Origin: a virus
Lineage: Duplodnaviria; Caudoviricetes
DNA: 48,152 nucleotides
Virus record (IMG/VR): IMGVR_UViG_3300010362_000028
Location: 1-48,152 of that record
Reading direction: 5' to 3' (one strand)
Part shown: positions 8,334-17,526 of the stretch, in pieces
Numbering within the stretch: position 1 is the stretch's first letter
Layout: each line of letters starts with the position of its first letter
Translations under genes and position numbers: made by a program
The notes under the pieces: model-generated
Told to the model about the DNA's origin: nothing
Database searches by the model: none
What the model saw: the letters and a program-made list of their open reading frames with translations, nothing else

Positions 8334-8975
8334 ATGGCAGCGGTAACAGCAGCAGCGATCTCGGCGGCGGTAGCGGTAGGTGGCGCGGCGTACTCAGCCA
8401 CACAGCAAGCCTCCAGTGGTGGTGGGGGAGGAGGTAATCCTAAGCACTTTGGGCCGGTGCCTGAGGATCCGCAGGACGAAGCGATGAAGAATTACTACGC
8501 TAGATTGGTTGCGGCGAATGTAAATACGCCGTATAAGAGCTTTAGTGGATATCTCGGGAGTGGGGGCGATCCTGCTGCTGCGGCGATGGATGTAACGATT
8601 CCGGAAATGAAACCGAGTGAGGCTGCTAAGCTGGGCTTCGTTGGGGGTCATGGCGAAGATATTCCCGGCTATGATCCTACCAGTGGAGCTACTAGCCTGA
8701 CTCCCGAGCAACGAATCTATCTGGCTAAGGAACGAGTGAGGGCGATGAGAGAGAAGGGCCAAGAGGCAGAGGGTTGGCCCAAAACTCTGGCGGAGCGGAC
8801 TCATGCATACAACGTAGTGGGTAATCGGTTGGAAAACCTGCAGGCAATCGAGGATCCGACCCAGCGACAGCAGCGTCGGATTGAGCGGCTGACGAATCGC
8901 CAGAGCCGAATTCGGGAGAGGTTACAGAACCAACTCGGTGGAGAATTGCCACCTGGATACCGGGGAGGGGCGTGA
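8334..8975 (+). CDS. Putative internal virion / ejection protein
   Basis: Ala/Gly-rich hydrophobic N-terminus (MAAVTAAAISAAVAVGGAAYS). Positioned after the nozzle. Confidence 0.6.
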   Translation: MAAVTAAAISAAVAVGGAAYSATQQASSGGGGGGNPKHFGPVPEDPQDEAMKNYYARLVAANVNTPYKSFSGYLGSGGDPAAAAMDVTIPEMKPSEAAKLGFVGGHGEDIPGYDPTSGATSLTPEQRIYLAKERVRAMREKGQEAEGWPKTLAERTHAYNVVGNRLENLQAIEDPTQRQQRRIERLTNRQSRIRERLQNQLGGELPPGYRGGA

Positions 8976-9580
8976 TGGGCCAGCAACAGAACGCACCAGT
9001 TGGGCAAACTGGGGTTACTCCGGCGGGGCAGACTGGCATTTATGGTCAGCCTGGCTCGATGCAACGAGCGCAGAGTGGTACCGAGGCGAGTATCGCTCCC
9101 TATTACGTGGGCCCAGGCCCCGCTGGGCAACGTTACCAGGATATCGTTAGCTCTGAGTACCAAACTATCGGGGACCGGACCACGGGTCGCTTTGCGGATA
9201 TGTTCAGTAAGTATCTCGACGTCGCAAATCGTGAAGCGAATCGCCAAGCATCCCAGATTGGCGAGCAGTTGGGGTCCAGGGGTGCCTTGTACTCAAGTGC
9301 AAACCTGAGGATGCAGGAGGACCTGCGACAGAAGACTGCACAGGACATTGCGGCCAAGGGCGCTGAGTTCCAAACGACCTTAGAGGACCAGCGCCAACGT
9401 GCGATGGGCCAGGTGCTTACGGGTCAGCAGGGCATCGCGCAGGCAGAACTAGGGGGTCGTGAGGCGGCAATGGCTCGGACGTATCAGGACTTCATTCGAC
9501 GGAGCGAAATCCCGCCGTGGATGCAGGCTGGCGTTCAGTGGGGAGCCACGCGGCCTGGTGGTGGTACCTTCACCTTCTGA
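8975..9580 (+). CDS. Putative ejection protein
   Basis: Gln/Gly/Ala-rich helical protein with an RGALYSS motif. Coupled start. Confidence 0.6.
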   Translation: MGQQQNAPVGQTGVTPAGQTGIYGQPGSMQRAQSGTEASIAPYYVGPGPAGQRYQDIVSSEYQTIGDRTTGRFADMFSKYLDVANREANRQASQIGEQLGSRGALYSSANLRMQEDLRQKTAQDIAAKGAEFQTTLEDQRQRAMGQVLTGQQGIAQAELGGREAAMARTYQDFIRRSEIPPWMQAGVQWGATRPGGGTFTF

Positions 9581-9588
9581 GGTGAGTG

Positions 9589-11307
9589 ATGGCCGAAGTT
9601 ACTGTAACGAACCCAGCAGAGAAAAAGATGCAGATGCTGCTGATGATGCAGCAGTTCAGGAATCGTTCCTCGACCTTTGGGGGCGAGACCGAACTCGAGC
9701 GGGTCATAAAGCAGCAAGCGGAGCAACGACGACAAGAAGCCGCTGACCGCCGGGCGGAGGAAGCAGGCGCGCGTCAAGAACGCAACGTGCAGTCGGAGAT
9801 CGAGACGCGCCAACGGACGCGTGACCTGCAGGAGTGGGAAGCAGGTCAGAGGAATATCCAAGATTGGCTTGAGGATGAGCGTAAGCGGCAACTGCAGGAC
9901 GTTCAGGTCCCTTACATTAAGCAACAGACTGCAGAGGCAGCGGCCCGCACGGAGGGTGCGAAGGCTACGACTGAGAAGACCAGGGCCGAGACAACGAAGT
10001 TGGGCGTCCAGACTCAGCAGGAGCGTGTGGACCTAGAGGCAAAGCGCGACTGGCAGACAAATCAACAGATCGAGGCCATGAGGACGGATGCGCGTAATGC
10101 CTGGAACGCGGGTGTCATGAATGTCTCTAGTGGGAATCCCTCGGCTCTGAGCCCCGAGAACGCGACGGTAATGGAGAACGCGTATAGGATCCTCTCGGGG
10201 AACAAGGCGTTCTCGCTGCCTCGTACGGCGGATGGTTCGCTGGATCCGCAGGTCGTGCCGCGGCTCTCGACGATGATGTTCGATGCAAAGGGTCAGCCGA
10301 GCGCGGACTTTGCGAAGGATCTCAAGGCTGTAGAGAAGCCGGCTACGAACTTTGAATCGTATATGCGGGCCTACAATGAGGCCAAGGCCAAGGGTGACAA
10401 GGAAGCGGTGAAGTTCTACGGCCACAAGTTGATGAGAGAGTCGGCCCTAACGGTCAACAATACGCAGGCCGGGGTGCTGCAGGGGATGCTCGATGATGGA
10501 GATCTGCAGGGCTACAAGACCCTACTGAATGAGTGGAACCAGGGCAAGACTGGGGCGGGTACCAAGAAGGAAGTGTACCCGACGGCGGAGGCCCAGAAGA
10601 ATACGCGGGATGGTCTCGATACCTTGGCCGCGATTGACCGGCTCGAGCAGCAGTGGTCCGGACTTGTAAAAAGTAACGCGGTGCCTCCGACCGGCCGGAT
10701 CGTGACTCCGTTCTACGATATACTGGCGACCCTTCAGATGTCCAACTCCGACGTGCAAGCCTTCCGCGCGAACCTGATGGATGTGGTGGCTCGGTATCGG
10801 TTGTTCATCACCGGCAAGGCATCGAACGAAAAGGAGATGGGCGACCTACTCCGTGCCGTACCGAACGAGACCGACGATACGAGGGCATTTTACAAGAAGC
10901 TCCGCGAGATGCGATGGAAGACAACTCGTCGCATCCGTATGGACATCGGGGCGCAGCAGGCCCTAGGCATGAAGACTCCGGACCTAGGCCCCGACTTCGC
11001 ACCGATCTCACCGAAGGAGGTCTTGCAGCGGTGGGGCTCCCCGGACATAACCACGGACTCGGGCCGGCGGATTGCTGTCGCGGGGAGCATAGGGCCTGGC
11101 ACACAGATCATTGGGCAGCAAGGAGGCCAGTCGAGTCGACTCGGTGGGACTGCCGAGTTCCGACAGAAGTCGGGTGGCATCGGGTACTCGGTGGAAGCGG
11201 GGGATCTCCAGAAGTACTATGATAACTTGGACCCACGACTCAAGCCCTACTTTGAGCAACTGTCGCCGGAGGACCAGGTCCGTGTCATGCAGGGAGGGGG
11301 CCAGTAA
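9589..11307 (+). CDS. Putative ejection protein (large, coiled-coil)
   Basis: 572 aa helical Q/E/R-rich protein in the ejection cluster. GAGG RBS. Confidence 0.6.
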   Translation: MAEVTVTNPAEKKMQMLLMMQQFRNRSSTFGGETELERVIKQQAEQRRQEAADRRAEEAGARQERNVQSEIETRQRTRDLQEWEAGQRNIQDWLEDERKRQLQDVQVPYIKQQTAEAAARTEGAKATTEKTRAETTKLGVQTQQERVDLEAKRDWQTNQQIEAMRTDARNAWNAGVMNVSSGNPSALSPENATVMENAYRILSGNKAFSLPRTADGSLDPQVVPRLSTMMFDAKGQPSADFAKDLKAVEKPATNFESYMRAYNEAKAKGDKEAVKFYGHKLMRESALTVNNTQAGVLQGMLDDGDLQGYKTLLNEWNQGKTGAGTKKEVYPTAEAQKNTRDGLDTLAAIDRLEQQWSGLVKSNAVPPTGRIVTPFYDILATLQMSNSDVQAFRANLMDVVARYRLFITGKASNEKEMGDLLRAVPNETDDTRAFYKKLREMRWKTTRRIRMDIGAQQALGMKTPDLGPDFAPISPKEVLQRWGSPDITTDSGRRIAVAGSIGPGTQIIGQQGGQSSRLGGTAEFRQKSGGIGYSVEAGDLQKYYDNLDPRLKPYFEQLSPEDQVRVMQGGGQ

Positions 11308-13409
11308 TGGATAGGGAGGAAGCCCTCAAGCGATTCCTCGAGGCAAGAGACGCGCTCCAGCAGCAGTATGATCCCACCCAGGGGCCCGGCAAAGCTTTCG
11401 TGGGGACCGATGCCCCGACTCCGCGGACCGTGGATCTACCGGACTTGTCGGCGCCAGCGCAGGACCTACCGGGCATGGCTCTGTCGGTGGGGGCCGGGTA
11501 TGCGGGTGAGAAGGGGGGCGCCAAGGCATTTGAGATGGCTGCGGACCTTGTACCCGAGAAGTACCGGCCGGCTGCCAAGCTAGCGTCGAAAGTATTGGGG
11601 GCAGGGGGCGCAGCGTTTTTGACGGATCTCGGGTGGCAGAACCTGCGACGGAAGCTCGGGACCGTGGACGCACCAGATAACTTCGAACAGACGAAAGCCA
11701 TTGCAACCAAGACCGCGATCGACCAGATGGCGGGTGGGTTGTGGGGCGAGGCGCTGGCAAGGGTGGGTGAGCGCACGTCGCTCGTCAACAAGATGACCGA
11801 TGAGAAGGCCCAGTTGATGGGCACCATCCAGGACGCACTCAAGAGGACCTACGAACGCATTGGCGGGGCGCCGCTTGTGGAGGACATGCGGTGGCGCTGG
11901 AACCCGATGCGGATACTCAAGCCCCTAGAGACCGAGTTGAACGACTCGGCGGTCGTGCAGCGGCTGCAGGACCAGGGCCTGGATCCCAAGATGGCCCGTC
12001 GGGTCGCGTTGCAGGGGGGCATGACGACCGCGGACCTGCTGGATAGCACGCCATACATCATCATGCAATCCGTGGCCGAGGGCACAGCATCCAGCCACAA
12101 GTACATGCAGGACTACCGGGGCAATCGGAACAGGCTCTATGAGTTGATGCTCGAGGACCTATCTAACGAGTTTGCGGCCGCGCTACCCGAGGAAAAGATG
12201 GGCGAGGCCGTAAGGGCTGCGCTCAACGGCAACTTTAACCTACCGAACGCGTTGATGACCGCTGGCTTGCAGAGCGTGCGATCACAGATCAATCCCAAGA
12301 GCACAATCAATGTGGTGGGCCTGCGGAACTACTTCAAGCAGCAGGGCCTAGATGCAAACTCACCTGTCGCGGAGATGATCCTCTCCCTACCTGACAACGT
12401 AAGCTTCGATGCAATCCACCGGATCCGCAGCAACCTTAGCTCGTTGATCCATGCACTGGACCAGGACCCTCGAATCGTTGCGGAGGCGAAGGCCGTAGCT
12501 AAGTCGTTGGATAAGCGGATGTTCAAGGAGCTGCCGACTGGCCTAGACCAGCACTATCTACTGTCCGTGCAAGCCGATGACGTGCTGAACGAGGGCCAAT
12601 TCAAGAGTAAGTTCGTGCAGAACCTCTTGAACAACAAGCAGGTAGATCGGGAGTTTGCCAAGACGCTATTGCGGAATAGCGACGTAAAGAGCTTCCGCCA
12701 GATGGAGGCTGCGGCAGGGCGCGGTGCTGCTGACAACGTGCGCCGGGCGCTTAGCGAGTCGGTGATCGAGCGGGGCATCGAGCCCGATGGGAGCATCAGC
12801 CCAAGCGGGCTGCACCAGGCTTTGAACGAACATGGAAAGTACGGGCGGTACTTCTACGGGGCGACGCTGGGACCGCAGTGGATCCACAACGTGGAGATGA
12901 TCCGGGACACCACCGACGCGTTGCTCGAGATAGCCAAGGGCCGGAGCTTGTCGGACCTAGGGCTCGGGAGTCTGAAGTACGCGACAGTGGCGCCGGTGAT
13001 CTGGGACCTCTACAACAAGAGAATCGGGTGGAGCACGGTGGCGAAGTTCGCGGCGATGACCACGGTGCCCAAGTTCCTTGCCCGAATCGTGACGAACCCT
13101 GAGGCCACGAAGACTATTGTCAAGGCGACCCAGATGGCCAAGACTGGCACGAACCCACGAACGTTTGAGAGGCTGGTCGCCCGGGTAGCCGAAGCAGTTG
13201 GCTTCACGCCGGAGGAACTTGCTGCGGCTGCCCAGACGCCAGGGGTCTCGCGGATCGAACGGATGCGGCGTGATCTCGGTCAGGGTCGATTCCCCAGCAC
13301 GGGGAACATGATGGTTGACACGTTGGTTGATCCCGGCCAGGCGCTAGGTCAATTTGGCAGTATGCAGGTCCCACCGCAACCGCCTCCACCAGATCAGTCA
13401 ACACCGTAG
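11307..13409 (+). CDS. Putative large ejection / DNA injection protein
   Basis: 700 aa helical protein with Gly/Ala amphipathic segments. Last gene of the virion operon. Confidence 0.6.
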   Translation: MDREEALKRFLEARDALQQQYDPTQGPGKAFVGTDAPTPRTVDLPDLSAPAQDLPGMALSVGAGYAGEKGGAKAFEMAADLVPEKYRPAAKLASKVLGAGGAAFLTDLGWQNLRRKLGTVDAPDNFEQTKAIATKTAIDQMAGGLWGEALARVGERTSLVNKMTDEKAQLMGTIQDALKRTYERIGGAPLVEDMRWRWNPMRILKPLETELNDSAVVQRLQDQGLDPKMARRVALQGGMTTADLLDSTPYIIMQSVAEGTASSHKYMQDYRGNRNRLYELMLEDLSNEFAAALPEEKMGEAVRAALNGNFNLPNALMTAGLQSVRSQINPKSTINVVGLRNYFKQQGLDANSPVAEMILSLPDNVSFDAIHRIRSNLSSLIHALDQDPRIVAEAKAVAKSLDKRMFKELPTGLDQHYLLSVQADDVLNEGQFKSKFVQNLLNNKQVDREFAKTLLRNSDVKSFRQMEAAAGRGAADNVRRALSESVIERGIEPDGSISPSGLHQALNEHGKYGRYFYGATLGPQWIHNVEMIRDTTDALLEIAKGRSLSDLGLGSLKYATVAPVIWDLYNKRIGWSTVAKFAAMTTVPKFLARIVTNPEATKTIVKATQMAKTGTNPRTFERLVARVAEAVGFTPEELAAAAQTPGVSRIERMRRDLGQGRFPSTGNMMVDTLVDPGQALGQFGSMQVPPQPPPPDQSTP

Positions 13410-13622
13410 CCAAGGTGGGTCAGTTGAGAACCTAGCTTGCATCTTGAGCTTTGCCTTTGCTAGAAGCTGGTGGACACGGTTGGCAGTTACGTTCCAATAG
13501 GCCCCGATTTCCTTCGCGGTACACTGTTGGCATCCCAACCCGTAATACATCCGCACCACCAGCTCTTCGCGCGGCGTAAGAGTTGCGAGGATTGCGTCGT
13601 TGATCTCTTTGAATGGTAGCAT
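13398..13622 (-). CDS. Stand-alone sigma70 region 4 (HTH) protein
   Basis: LATLTPREELVVRMYYGL...TAKEIG..WNVTANRVHQLLAKAKLKM matches sigma70 region 4 (LTPRE..VLRLRFGL...TLEEVG..F.VTRERIRQIE.KAL.KL). Confidence 0.8.
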   Translation of the reverse strand: MLPFKEINDAILATLTPREELVVRMYYGLGCQQCTAKEIGAYWNVTANRVHQLLAKAKLKMQARFSTDPPWLRC

Positions 13623-13647
13623 GTTGGCACTTTAATCCTTGAACGAA

Positions 13648-14787
13648 CTACTTGAGTTCCCCGACCCAGATATAGACGTTCGGGTGGTCCTCGGCCCGCT
13701 TGACGAGACCGCTCTCGACTAACGTTTCCATGATCAACTTGAACTGGTCCGCACGACACGGGTAGAGCTTTCGTAGGACCTCGCTGTGGCCGACTCGCTT
13801 GGCCCTGCTGATGAAGGTGGCGGCGCGACTCAGATAGTTCGTTTGCTGGTCGCCACCGATCTCCGCGAAGGCATGGGGCGCGTTGTTTTCCACGGCCTCG
13901 ACAGCGTGCAAGGCCCCGTCCAAGAACCCTTCGTCAATCTCCTTCGTGAGATTCGAGGCCGCGAGCACCATCGCCACCCGCAGTACGTGGTCGTGCTTGC
14001 GCCCCCACATTCCCTCAAGTCGCTTGTCCGAAGGCGGCTGGATGTTGTTGTACCAGTCGATGTACCACTCCCTAGCTGCGGGCGTGAGGGTGAACTCACC
14101 ATTGAGTTCCCCGATCTTGGACATGATCGCGAGGAGCTGGAGTCGAAGATCCTCGTCCTCCTGCGTCAGTTCGGGCAGCGCGTTGCGCCGGGGGGTGTCC
14201 GCCTGGTAGATGAACAGTACCCGCGAGGCGAATCCCTCGAGCAGGGCGCTGGGTGGGATGCCCTGCGCGACCCCATCTGGGGTAGTAGCGGCAATGATGC
14301 ACAGAAACAAATCTTTAAGGAGCACCTGGCCCTTGTTCTTAGTCTTGTACGACCACTCGCGCGGACAATCATACATGTCCGTCAAGATGTGAATGAGCGG
14401 CTCACCGTACTGTTGCTTGGTAAGAAACACGCTCAACTCCCCACTATGGACCAGGACATTAGGCGCGATCTCACAGCCTTCGTCCGGCTTGATCTCCTCG
14501 ATAAAACGTTCTGGCGTAATCTTCCCACCGATCACACGGGTCGTCGGGACAACCTTAAGTAACTCGACGCCGATGTTGATTGCCGTTGACTTCCTGCACC
14601 GGGCTGAGCCAGCCACGAGGATCGTGAACAAATTCGGGAATAGCCTGTAGTACCCTCTATTGATGAAGCACTTCCGGCCCAACGCCGCTGCAACCACCGT
14701 CATCCCAACCCACAAATGGAAGTCGTCTGGGGACTCTTGCTTGCTCGTGTACCGTAAGTACAGTCGCAAGAACGACTCCTCAAGCAT
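13648..14787 (-). CDS. DUF3987/YfjI-type P-loop ATPase (putative replicative helicase)
   Basis: ESP..FH.W, PNLFTILVAGSARCRKSTA (Walker A-like), ITPE, LTDMYD, IAATTP, GFASR, and a winged-helix-like C-terminus. Confidence 0.7.
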   Translation of the reverse strand: MLEESFLRLYLRYTSKQESPDDFHLWVGMTVVAAALGRKCFINRGYYRLFPNLFTILVAGSARCRKSTAINIGVELLKVVPTTRVIGGKITPERFIEEIKPDEGCEIAPNVLVHSGELSVFLTKQQYGEPLIHILTDMYDCPREWSYKTKNKGQVLLKDLFLCIIAATTPDGVAQGIPPSALLEGFASRVLFIYQADTPRRNALPELTQEDEDLRLQLLAIMSKIGELNGEFTLTPAAREWYIDWYNNIQPPSDKRLEGMWGRKHDHVLRVAMVLAASNLTKEIDEGFLDGALHAVEAVENNAPHAFAEIGGDQQTNYLSRAATFISRAKRVGHSEVLRKLYPCRADQFKLIMETLVESGLVKRAEDHPNVYIWVGELK

Positions 14788-14995
14788 CCTGGCACCGACG
14801 TTCAACCGGAGACGGCTGCGCTCGCACCGCGCATTGGTAGCCCGCCTCAATCGGAGCAGGGTCCCCCACGTCTCCTTCCTCACCAGCCCTCCGGGGTGGT
14901 GGGGGGGTGGTGGTGGATAGTAGCGCTAACGCGTCTTGAAAGCTCGCTTCACCGATCGCGTCCTTTATTCGCAGCAATATCTCGAACAGGTTCAT
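14780..14995 (-). CDS. Hypothetical protein
   Basis: GGAGG RBS, coupled to the ATPase gene. Contains a copy of the dispersed repeat. Confidence 0.5.
   Translation of the reverse strand: MNLFEILLRIKDAIGEASFQDALALLSTTTPPPPRRAGEEGDVGDPAPIEAGYQCAVRAQPSPVERRCQDA
14861..14916 (+). repeat. Dispersed C-rich/CCTCACCAGCC/G-tract element, copy A
   Basis: CCCCACGTCTCC-TT-CCTCACCAGCC followed by a G-rich tract. Shares these blocks with the copies at 24790 and 40123. Confidence 0.65.
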
Positions 14996-15054
14996 GCTTC
15001 ACCTCCCTAAGCATGACGTACTTACCTTTGCCCCCCATCTTCAATGCGTGCTTC

Positions 15055-15258
15055 CTACCGTCTGGCGTTTTGAATACGAGTTGAATCTTGTTCATGGCTT
15101 ACCTTCTCTGCTTTCCGCCGGGCCAACCTGATCGCTTCCTCCCTCTCTTTCACGTCGCTCAGGTACGGCTCAGTCGCTACATAGTCACCGTACTCATTGA
15201 AGCCCACCCACACTTGGCCTACCAAGATCAGGAAGTGGGCTCTTGAGATCAACTTCAT
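15055..15258 (-). CDS. Hypothetical protein
   Basis: GGGGGA RBS. Overlaps the polymerase 3' end. Confidence 0.45.
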   Translation of the reverse strand: MKLISRAHFLILVGQVWVGFNEYGDYVATEPYLSDVKEREEAIRLARRKAEKVSHEQDSTRIQNARR

Positions 15259-17506
15259 GCAAGTCCCCCCAGCTATAGCCAATCTTTAGCTCGACGGGTA
15301 TAATGATCGGACCACCCCATGTTTCCACTGTTGATGTCATTGCGGTCTCAAGATCCCGGAGTGAGCTTGCTACACTTTCCGCTGGTACCTCGCACACAAT
15401 GGAGTCGTGTACTTGTGCCACGACTGAGTATCCTTGAGCTACCAGCCTTCGGACCCCTATGTTTGTTACCGTTACGATACTGCTTTGGGGTCGCTGGGCA
15501 TATGCCTTTCGGAATAAGTCCTCATCCATCCGATCTAGGAACAATCGTCGACGCCCGAATGCGTCGTGAATGCATCTGGTGGCCCGGACCACACTACGTA
15601 TACGTGGGTACCACAGAGTTCTAAGTTCAGGAGCGAGACTATGATAGGACTCAATGAGGAACTCGGCCTTGGATTTTGCTCCCCACAGTCCTCGAAGTTC
15701 CAGGTCATCTATATCGATCCCCGCAAGTCTAAGGATCATGATGAGCTTCTTCCACGCCATTCCGTAATTACTGGCGTGCGTGACCGTCTTAAACGTTTTG
15801 TAAATTTCTTCTTCGCTCTTGCTCACGTGACGCTTCAGTGTGCGCGATGCGAACTCGCAGTACGGATTGATCGTGGGATCTGTGTACAGCTTCTGCAGAC
15901 TTGGCGACTGGCTGTCGAACGCAACGAACATCGCCTCCGCTCGCTTTAGGTCCCCCTGAATAAGGACGTGACCAGGCGCCGCTACAAACATCTTCCTGGC
16001 ACGCATCGGGATGTTTTGCAGTTGTGGCCCACTACCGCGGCCCCTGCTACTTAAGCGGCCCGACTTAGTCCCATGGATCAGATAATCTGCTTTGTACCTA
16101 TTATCCTCGCCAACCTGGAGAGACAAAAACCCGCTAAGCATCGTGCGCCTCTCCCGAACGTCCAAGATCTTTCTGAAGATCGGCGCATGCCGCTCACTGT
16201 CGTAGGACAACTTTCGCAATGTATCTTCGTCTGTACTTGGTTGGCCGCCCTTCGTTTGCTTGAGCTTGGGAAGCTTGAGCACATCGTGCAGCAAATATCT
16301 GAGGTCGGTAGGACTCCGAACGTTGAGGTCGAAGTTAACCATCTGATTAAGTTGCAACTGTAGATACTCCCTCTCAAGCTCCATCCTCGCGCGCGTCGTC
16401 TCGAGGGCCTGTTTGTCAATGACGAAGCCCTGGCTCTGCATGTGCATGACAGGTCGAATCAAGCTTAGCACTTGTTCCTGGTAGTACTGAAGCTGGTCGT
16501 TCTTTATCAGTTCTTTTTTGAGTCCAAGGTACGCTTCGTATGTGCAGGCAGCGTCCTTGCAATTGTAGCGCCAGAGGTCGCTGCTACTTTCATGTTTGTA
16601 GTACGGTTCCTCTGTATAGATACTTGTTATGAATCCGAGATCGTGGTCGAACTCCGGGTAGAGGAGGTGGTGCGCGAGCATCGTATCAAACTCAATGCGC
16701 GGGAAGGTGAACCCGTAGCGTTCGAGTCGTGTGAGGTCAAACTGTATGTTTTGCCCGATGATCCCGCGGGTGCGAAAGACATGTTCCAATTTACGCCAGA
16801 CGTATGCAAGTTCTGTAACTCCGAGGCGACCTCCTCTAAATGGGATACAGATCGCCCGTGCGGGATCGTCAGAGATACCGACACACGTAGGGTAGTCCAT
16901 CCCGATTGTTTCGATATCCACCGAAATAGGGTCGCCAAGCCCGTCGAGATAGCTAACAGCTTCGACAAGGTTGGGGTCGATGAGGAAGTCGCGTTGAGGC
17001 CGATTGATATGCGGAAATGCTGCTTCACGACGAGCCCTCCTTAAGTCGTGTTCAATGATGAAAGTTATCGGGAACTCGCGGAGGGCAGCCGCAGTGTGAT
17101 AAGTACCGATAACTTTGCGATTGGGCACCAGACTACAAGGTAGAACCGAGCCCCGCCACTGTTCGATTGACTGCTGGCCCGTGAGGGCATATAGTGCCTG
17201 CGCGCCAATGGCGACAAACACGTTTGCCGTCGTGCGACTAAGCTCGTCCCGCAGAGCGGGCAGAACCGAATCAATTTCTTCTCGCGTAGGGACGGATAGG
17301 ACATCGTGGAAGTCCCGTCGTACATTCGTGACGTAACATTCTGCCCGCGATAAGCCTGCCAATCGCCAAAGTAGTTCGCCCGAGGGGCCAGTGAAGGGCC
17401 TGCCTGTACAGACCTCATCCTGGCCCGGTCGGGCGCCTACGAAAGCAATCTGACAAGCGGGTGTGCCGCTAGGTGGAACTATCCTTCCGTGAAACGGACT
17501 GGCCAT
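15194..17506 (-). CDS. polA: Family A DNA polymerase with N-terminal uracil-DNA glycosylase-like domain and 3'-5' exonuclease
   Basis: UDG-like FVGARPG..E...G.PF.GPSG and TYHTAA. Exonuclease motifs DIET, QNIQFD, DTML, YNCKD. Polymerase motifs TKSGRLSS, QNIP, motif A GDLKRAE, motif B K...H..NYG, motif C QVHDS. Confidence 0.92.
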   Translation of the reverse strand: MASPFHGRIVPPSGTPACQIAFVGARPGQDEVCTGRPFTGPSGELLWRLAGLSRAECYVTNVRRDFHDVLSVPTREEIDSVLPALRDELSRTTANVFVAIGAQALYALTGQQSIEQWRGSVLPCSLVPNRKVIGTYHTAAALREFPITFIIEHDLRRARREAAFPHINRPQRDFLIDPNLVEAVSYLDGLGDPISVDIETIGMDYPTCVGISDDPARAICIPFRGGRLGVTELAYVWRKLEHVFRTRGIIGQNIQFDLTRLERYGFTFPRIEFDTMLAHHLLYPEFDHDLGFITSIYTEEPYYKHESSSDLWRYNCKDAACTYEAYLGLKKELIKNDQLQYYQEQVLSLIRPVMHMQSQGFVIDKQALETTRARMELEREYLQLQLNQMVNFDLNVRSPTDLRYLLHDVLKLPKLKQTKGGQPSTDEDTLRKLSYDSERHAPIFRKILDVRERRTMLSGFLSLQVGEDNRYKADYLIHGTKSGRLSSRGRGSGPQLQNIPMRARKMFVAAPGHVLIQGDLKRAEAMFVAFDSQSPSLQKLYTDPTINPYCEFASRTLKRHVSKSEEEIYKTFKTVTHASNYGMAWKKLIMILRLAGIDIDDLELRGLWGAKSKAEFLIESYHSLAPELRTLWYPRIRSVVRATRCIHDAFGRRRLFLDRMDEDLFRKAYAQRPQSSIVTVTNIGVRRLVAQGYSVVAQVHDSIVCEVPAESVASSLRDLETAMTSTVETWGGPIIIPVELKIGYSWGDLHEVDLKSPLPDLGRPSVGGLQ

Positions 17507-17526
17507 TGCGGATCACCCGAAAGAAT

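Noticed and set aside
13786-14562. Long antisense ORFs (also 37999-39003, 16472-17044, 44723-45454)
   Set aside because: They lie opposite well-supported genes, have no motifs, and are expected in GC-rich DNA.
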